Shown here: positions 60,401 to 64,000 of the stretch, one piece after another | Numbering within the stretch: the first letter of the stretch is position 1 | Layout of the letters: each line of letters begins with the position of its first letter | NCBI GenBank assembly: GCA_965220745.1 | Contig: CBDCQT010000006.1 | Location: 1 to 64,000 of the forward strand | DNA from: Alphaproteobacteria bacterium | GTDB lineage: Bacteria > Pseudomonadota > Alphaproteobacteria > UBA828 | Length of the DNA: 64,000 nt | Direction of reading: 5' to 3' | Made by a program: the position numbers and the translations under genes | The notes under the pieces: generated by a model | Database searches by the model: none | Seen by the model: the letters and a program-made list of their open reading frames with translations, nothing else | Told to the model about the DNA's origin: nothing

Positions 60401-63400
60401 TCCCGGTGATCTTCGACGATGCCGGGCGGCTGGACCGGACCGAGTGGACGCAGCCGGCGCTGTACGCGCTGGAGAGCGGGCTGACCGCGCTGTGGGCCAG
60501 CGTGGGGGTGCGGCCCGACATCGTGTTCGGGCACAGCGTGGGAGAGATCGCGGCAGCGGCTGCCGCGGGAGCCTTCGATCTCGAGAGCGGGATGCGCTTC
60601 GCCACGCGCCGGGGCGCGCTGATGGGTTCACTCTCCGAGGGCGGTGCGATGGCGGCGGTGTTCGCTTCGGCGGAGCGGGTCGCTGCCAGCCTTGACGGTG
60701 CGGTGTGCCTGGCGGCCGATAACGGCACGCACCAAGTCGTGAGCGGGCCGGAGGCCGACATCGAGGCGCTGCTGAAGAGGTTCGAAGAGGACGGTCTGCG
60801 CGTGGAGCGCCTGCGGACCAGCCAGGCCTTCCACAGCGCGCTGATGGATCCGCTGCTGGCGGAGCTGGAAGCGGCGGCGCCCGCGGCCTCGGCACCGTCG
60901 GTGCGACTGGTGAGCGATGTGAGCGGGCAGGTGCTGGAAGGGGCTCCCGACGGAGCGTACTGGCGGCGCCAGGCGCGCGAGCCGGTCCAGTTCGCGACCG
61001 CGCTGCGGACGCTGGCGGACTTGCAGGCAGGGCTTTTGCTGGAGATCGGGCCGCATGGCGTGCTGGGCCCGATGGCGGCGCTGGGCTGGCCGCGCGGCGA
61101 GGCGCCCACGGTGATCCCGAGCCAGCAGCGCGGCGGGAACGGGGACTTCGTCGGGGCGGTGGCGGGCGCGTACGAGTCGGGTCTGGAGATTGCCTTCGAA
61201 GGCCTGTTTGCCGGGGAGCGGCGGCAGCGGGTCTCGCTGCCGGCCTATCCGTTCCAGCGGGAGCGCTATTGGATCTCCGCCTCTCCGCGGCGGCGGTCAG
61301 AAGCGGGGCACGCGCTGCTCGGGGTGCGGCGGGATTCCCCGGATGGCGAGCATTCCTTCGAGCGGCAGCTAGACAGCCGGGACCCGGCTTGGCTGGCAGA
61401 CCACCGGGTGTTCGGGAAGGTCGTGGCGCCGGGGGCGCTGTACGCGGCGCAGGTGGTAGAAGCGCTTCGCGAAACGCACCCTGGAGTCCGGGTCGTGCTC
61501 GAGGAGAGTGCGATCACGCGCCCGCTTGTGCTGGCGGGCGAGGAGGGCCGGCTGGTTCAGGTGGTGCTGGGCGAGGACGGGGGCTGGAAAGTCGTCAGCA
61601 GGGCTGCTGGCGAGTCATGGGAGACACACGCCGAAGGACGCTGGGCTCCGCTGGCAGCAGCTGCGTCCGAGGCAACGGACCTCGGGGCGCTACAGGGCAG
61701 CCTCGTCGAAGCGGCCGTGGAAGAGGGATACCTGGAGCTGCGTGCTGCCGGTCTCGATTACGGTCCGGCCTTCCGCGGACTGGCCCGGCTGTGGTCGGGC
61801 CCCGGCGAGGCGCTGGGCGAGGTGCTGCTGCCGGCGGGAATGGAACATCAGGCGCTGCTCGCGCATCCGGCACTGCTCGACGCCTGTTTCCGGGTCCTGG
61901 GCGGCGTCGCGGAACCGGATGGAGCCAGAGGCACATGGCTGCCGATCGGCTGGGACCGTTTCGTCCTGCGCGAGGCGCTGCCAGAGCGCGTTTTCTGCCG
62001 GGCACTGGACCGCGGCGAAGGTGGGCAGACCCGCAAGGCAGATCTCAGCCTCTATACGGAGACGGGCGAGGAGCTGGCGCGCATCGAGGGCTTCTCGCTC
62101 AGACGGGCGAGCAGAACCGCGCTTTCGGGCCTCCGGGTGGACCAGGCGCTGCACCAGGTGGCGTGGCGCGAGGGGGCGGCGGTGGGCCTCCGGGATGCGG
62201 ACTTCCTCGCCGAGCCGCAGGAGATCGAGTCCGGCCTGAGAGCGTTGGACGGATACCTAGAGGCGGATGATCGTGACGGGGCGTCGCTCGCCGCACTGGG
62301 GCGCGAGCTCGAATGTGAGGCACGCCGGCAGCTGCTCGGCGCATTCCGGGGGCTGGGATGGGAGCCCAAGCCGGGAGACCGTTTCGAGACGGACGAGTTG
62401 CGACGCCGGCTGAGGGTGACCGAGGATCACGGGCGGCTGTTCGGCCGGTTGCTGTTGGTGCTGGAGGAGATGGATCTCCTCGAGCGGGAGCCGACTCGCG
62501 GCTGGCGCGTGGCAGCCGCGCCGGAAGTGCCTACGGAGCCCGAGGCGGGACCGGCCGATTCCCAAGCCGATTCCATCGAGCTGAGCCTGCTCCGCCGCTG
62601 CGGGGATTCGCTTGCTGACGTGCTCCGCGGCCGCGCCGATGCGCTGGACGTGCTCTTCGGCGGTGAGCCGGGAGCGGCGAGCCTTTACCGCGAGGCGCCC
62701 GCAATGCGGGCGCTGAACCGCATGGTTGCCGACGCGGTGCGGGCGGCGGTCGCCGGGCTGCCGGATGGCCGGCCGCTGCGTGTGATCGAGGTCGGCGCGG
62801 GGACCGGCGCGACCACCGCCGCCCTCTTGGACGTCCTGCCGGCCGACCGGACCGAATACACCTTCACCGACATCTCGCCCGGCTTCTTCCCGGACGCCGA
62901 GCGGGAGTTCGGCGAGCGGGGCGCCGACCTTCGCTTCCTGGCGCTCGACATCGAACGGGACCCGGCAGAGCAGGGCTTGGCGCTCCACGGCTATGACCTC
63001 GTGATCGCCGCGAACGTCCTGCACGCGACCCGCGACCTAGGCCAGACGCTCGCCCACTGCCGACGCCTGCTGGCCCCGTCGGGCGTGCTGGCGGCCGTCG
63101 AGGAAGCCGTTGCCAAGGAATGGCTGGACCTGACCTTCGGACTGCTGCCCGGCTGGTGGCGCTTCCAAGACGCGTATCGCTCCGACTACGCGCTGGTCGG
63201 GCCTCCCGTCTGGCGGCAGGCTCTCGCGGATGCGGGATTTGGCGGGACCTCCCTGATCGAGGATCCGTCCGGGGCGCTGCTGATCCTGGCGCGGGGGCCG
63301 TCGGAGGCGGGGTCCGAAGGCGGGCTGTTCGTGCTGGCCGGCGAGAGCGAGCTGGGCACCGAGCTGGCGGCGGAGCTGGAGCGCCGAGGCAGCCGGGCCG

Positions 63401-64000
63401 TCCAAGGCCCCGCGAAGGCTGATCGCGAGGCGTGGCGCGGGTTCTTCGAGTCCTTGCCGGGGGCGCTTCCGCTGCGCGGCGTGGCGTACCTAGGCGGGCT
63501 CCGGCCAGACGGTGCCGAGCTTTCGACCCGGGAGCTGGAAGCGGAGCTGCAGGCAGTCGATGCGGGCGCGCTGGCGCTGGTCCAAGGGATGTCGGACGCG
63601 GGCGTGTCGCCGGTCAGCGGCACTTGGTTCGTGACCCGGGGCGGCCAGGTGATCGAGCGGGAGCGCTGCGGCGCGCTCGCGGGTGCCTCGCTGTGGGGCT
63701 TCGCCAGCGTGGTGGAGCTGGAGCACGGGGATCTGACGCCGCGCCTGCTGGACCTGGATCCGGAGTCTCCCCCGTCCGCCGGCGCGCTCGCCGACGAGCT
63801 GCTCTTCCCCGACCGCGAGACGCGCGTCGCCCGCCGGGGCGGGGACCGCTTGGTGGCCCGGCTGACGCGCCTCGCCGGGCGGGCGGAGGATTCGGCGGAA
63901 TCCGGGCCGGGCGAGGCGCGGCTGCGCGGGGACCGCAGCTATCTGATCACGGGAGGGCTCGGAGGGCTCGGGCTGGAGGTGGCGCGCTGGCTGGCCGGGG
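1..64000 (+). CDS. Giant multimodular cis-AT type I polyketide synthase, internal fragment with no start or stop in the window (>=21,333 aa)
   Basis: Frame +1 begins VDWPALPVRAPWLAEV...GFFELGMDSLMAVELRNRL (ACP) and ends RSYLITGGLGGLGLEVARWLAG (KR). All ten KS Cys codons (916, 8221, 14599, 20953, 27313, 33658, 40045, 46432, 52819, 59173) are in frame +1. The ORF track lists only frame +2/+3 and minus-strand ORFs, consistent with no stop in frame +1. Confidence 0.96.
424..7728 (+). other. PKS module 1: KS-AT-DH-cMT-psiKR-ER-KR-ACP (fully reducing, C-methylating)
   Basis: KS: DTACSSS (Cys 916), HGTGT (1321), NVGHLE (His 1441). AT: GQGSQW, GHSVG (2278), HAFH (2572). DH: HRVFGEVVAP (His 3151), DACLQ. 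cMT: EIGAGTGAT (4534), ANVLHAT (His 4768). ER about 5653-6588. KR: TGGLGGVG (~6643), GLANYAAAN (Tyr 7069). ACP Ser 7537. Confidence 0.93.
5653..6588 (+). other. Enoylreductase domain, the only ER in the window
   Basis: GPGEVLVRVEATGVNFHDV, GDRVAG, NADPH-binding VLVHAGAGGVGHAA (~6055-6096), VLNSL, FVELGK, ARHIGKVVL. It accounts for module 1 being about 940 nt longer than the others. Confidence 0.9.
7729..14106 (+). other. PKS module 2: KS-AT-DH-cMT-psiKR-KR-ACP
   Basis: KS Cys 8221. AT GHSVG 9583, HGFH 9877. DH His 10456, DACFQ. cMT ELGAGTGAT ~11833. KR NYAAAN Tyr 13420. ACP Ser 13915. No ER. Confidence 0.92.
14107..20460 (+). other. PKS module 3: KS-AT-DH-cMT-psiKR-KR(His)-ACP
   Basis: KS Cys 14599. 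AT GHS 15955, QAFH 16249. DH His 16828. cMT EVGAGTGAT 18214. KR QANHAAAN His 19801. ACP Ser 20269. Confidence 0.92.
20461..26820 (+). other. PKS module 4: KS-AT-DH(inactive?)-cMT-psiKR-KR(His)-ACP
   Basis: KS Cys 20953. AT GHS 22309, HAFH 22603. DH WLADFRVFG with Phe at 23182 in place of His. cMT 24574. KR His 26161. ACP Ser 26629. Confidence 0.92.
26821..33165 (+). other. PKS module 5: KS-AT-DH-cMT-psiKR-KR-ACP
   Basis: KS Cys 27313. AT HAFH 28963. DH His 29542. cMT 30919. KR NYAAAN Tyr 32506. ACP Ser 32974. Confidence 0.92.
33166..39552 (+). other. PKS module 6: KS-AT-DH-cMT-psiKR-KR(His)-ACP
   Basis: KS Cys 33658. AT QAFH 35308. DH His 35887. cMT 37279. KR His 38866. ACP Ser 39361. Confidence 0.92.
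39553..45939 (+). other. PKS module 7: KS-AT-DH-cMT-psiKR-KR(His)-ACP
   Basis: KS Cys 40045. AT QAFH 41695. DH His 42274. cMT 43666. KR SSLKGVVGSPGQANHAAAN His 45253. ACP Ser 45748. Confidence 0.92.
45940..52326 (+). other. PKS module 8: KS-AT-DH-cMT-psiKR-KR-ACP
   Basis: KS Cys 46432. AT HAFH 48091. DH His 48670, DACFH 49147. cMT 50056. KR Tyr 51667. ACP Ser 52135. Confidence 0.92.
52327..58680 (+). other. PKS module 9: KS-AT-DH-cMT-psiKR-KR-ACP
   Basis: KS Cys 52819. AT HAFH 54466. DH His 55045, DACFR 55522. cMT 56431. KR Tyr 58018. ACP Ser 58486. Confidence 0.92.
58681..64000 (+). other. PKS module 10, cut by the window end: KS-AT-DH-cMT-psiKR-KR start
   Basis: KS Cys 59173. AT QAFH 60823. 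DH His 61402, DACFR 61879. cMT 62788. KR SYLITGGLGGLG from 63937. No ER. Confidence 0.92.

Larger units (their letters stand above)
1..64000 (+). repeat. Intragenic tandem array of about 10 paralogous module-sized repeats (~6.35 kb unit, 7.3 kb with ER)
   Basis: KS Cys-to-Cys spacings are 7305, 6378, 6354, 6360, 6345, 6387, 6387, 6387 and 6354 nt, all multiples of 3. Long near-identical DNA blocks recur in every unit, e.g. gagctgggcatggactcgctgatggcggtcgagcttcgcaaccgcctgaaccgggccttccg. Confidence 0.95.

Noticed and set aside
4167-62951. Recurring ~174-aa minus-strand ORF (MSSARKRR...) opposite each cMT, and similar recurring antisense ORFs opposite KS, AT and KR
   Set aside because: The recurrence is explained by duplication of the sense modules. 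There is no independent evidence of coding.
1-64000. Array as a pure assembly artefact of one repeated module
   Set aside because: Each module has unique substitutions, indels and KS variable patches, so they are not identical copies. Local chimerism cannot be excluded without long reads.
1-64000. CRISPR arrays, RNA genes, IS elements, promoters/terminators, NRPS, TE or docking domains
   Set aside because: There is no intergenic space, no short repeat-spacer structure and no matching motifs. The PKS domains account for the whole sequence.
1-64000. Assigning a known gene symbol (e.g. mlsA, supA, SA1 pksA)
   Set aside because: The cMT-in-every-module, mostly ER-less architecture does not match mycolactone PKS or monomodular SupA, and identity to any named gene cannot be established without a database search.

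Overview
The whole 64 kb window is the interior of one very GC-rich gene on the + strand, frame +1 (each 60-nt line begins on a codon). It encodes a giant cis-AT modular type I polyketide synthase. The supplied ORF track has no frame +1 ORF, which is what an ORF caller gives when a frame has no stop codon, and every motif I translated from base 1 to base 64000 is in that frame. The protein is therefore at least 21,333 aa and open at both ends. The window holds the KR C-terminus and ACP of an upstream module, nine complete modules and most of a tenth. Each has the layout KS-AT-DH-cMT-psiKR-(ER)-KR-ACP, with an embedded SAM-dependent C-methyltransferase in all ten. Only module 1 keeps an ER. The modules are close paralogues (spacing 7305 nt for M1, then 6345-6387 nt) but differ at catalytic or specificity residues: AT HAFH/QAFH/HGFH, KR Tyr vs His, DH His->Phe in M4, and cMT motif variants. 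All ORFs in the supplied track are shadow ORFs. No RNA genes, mobile elements, CRISPR arrays, intergenic DNA, loading module or thioesterase are visible.
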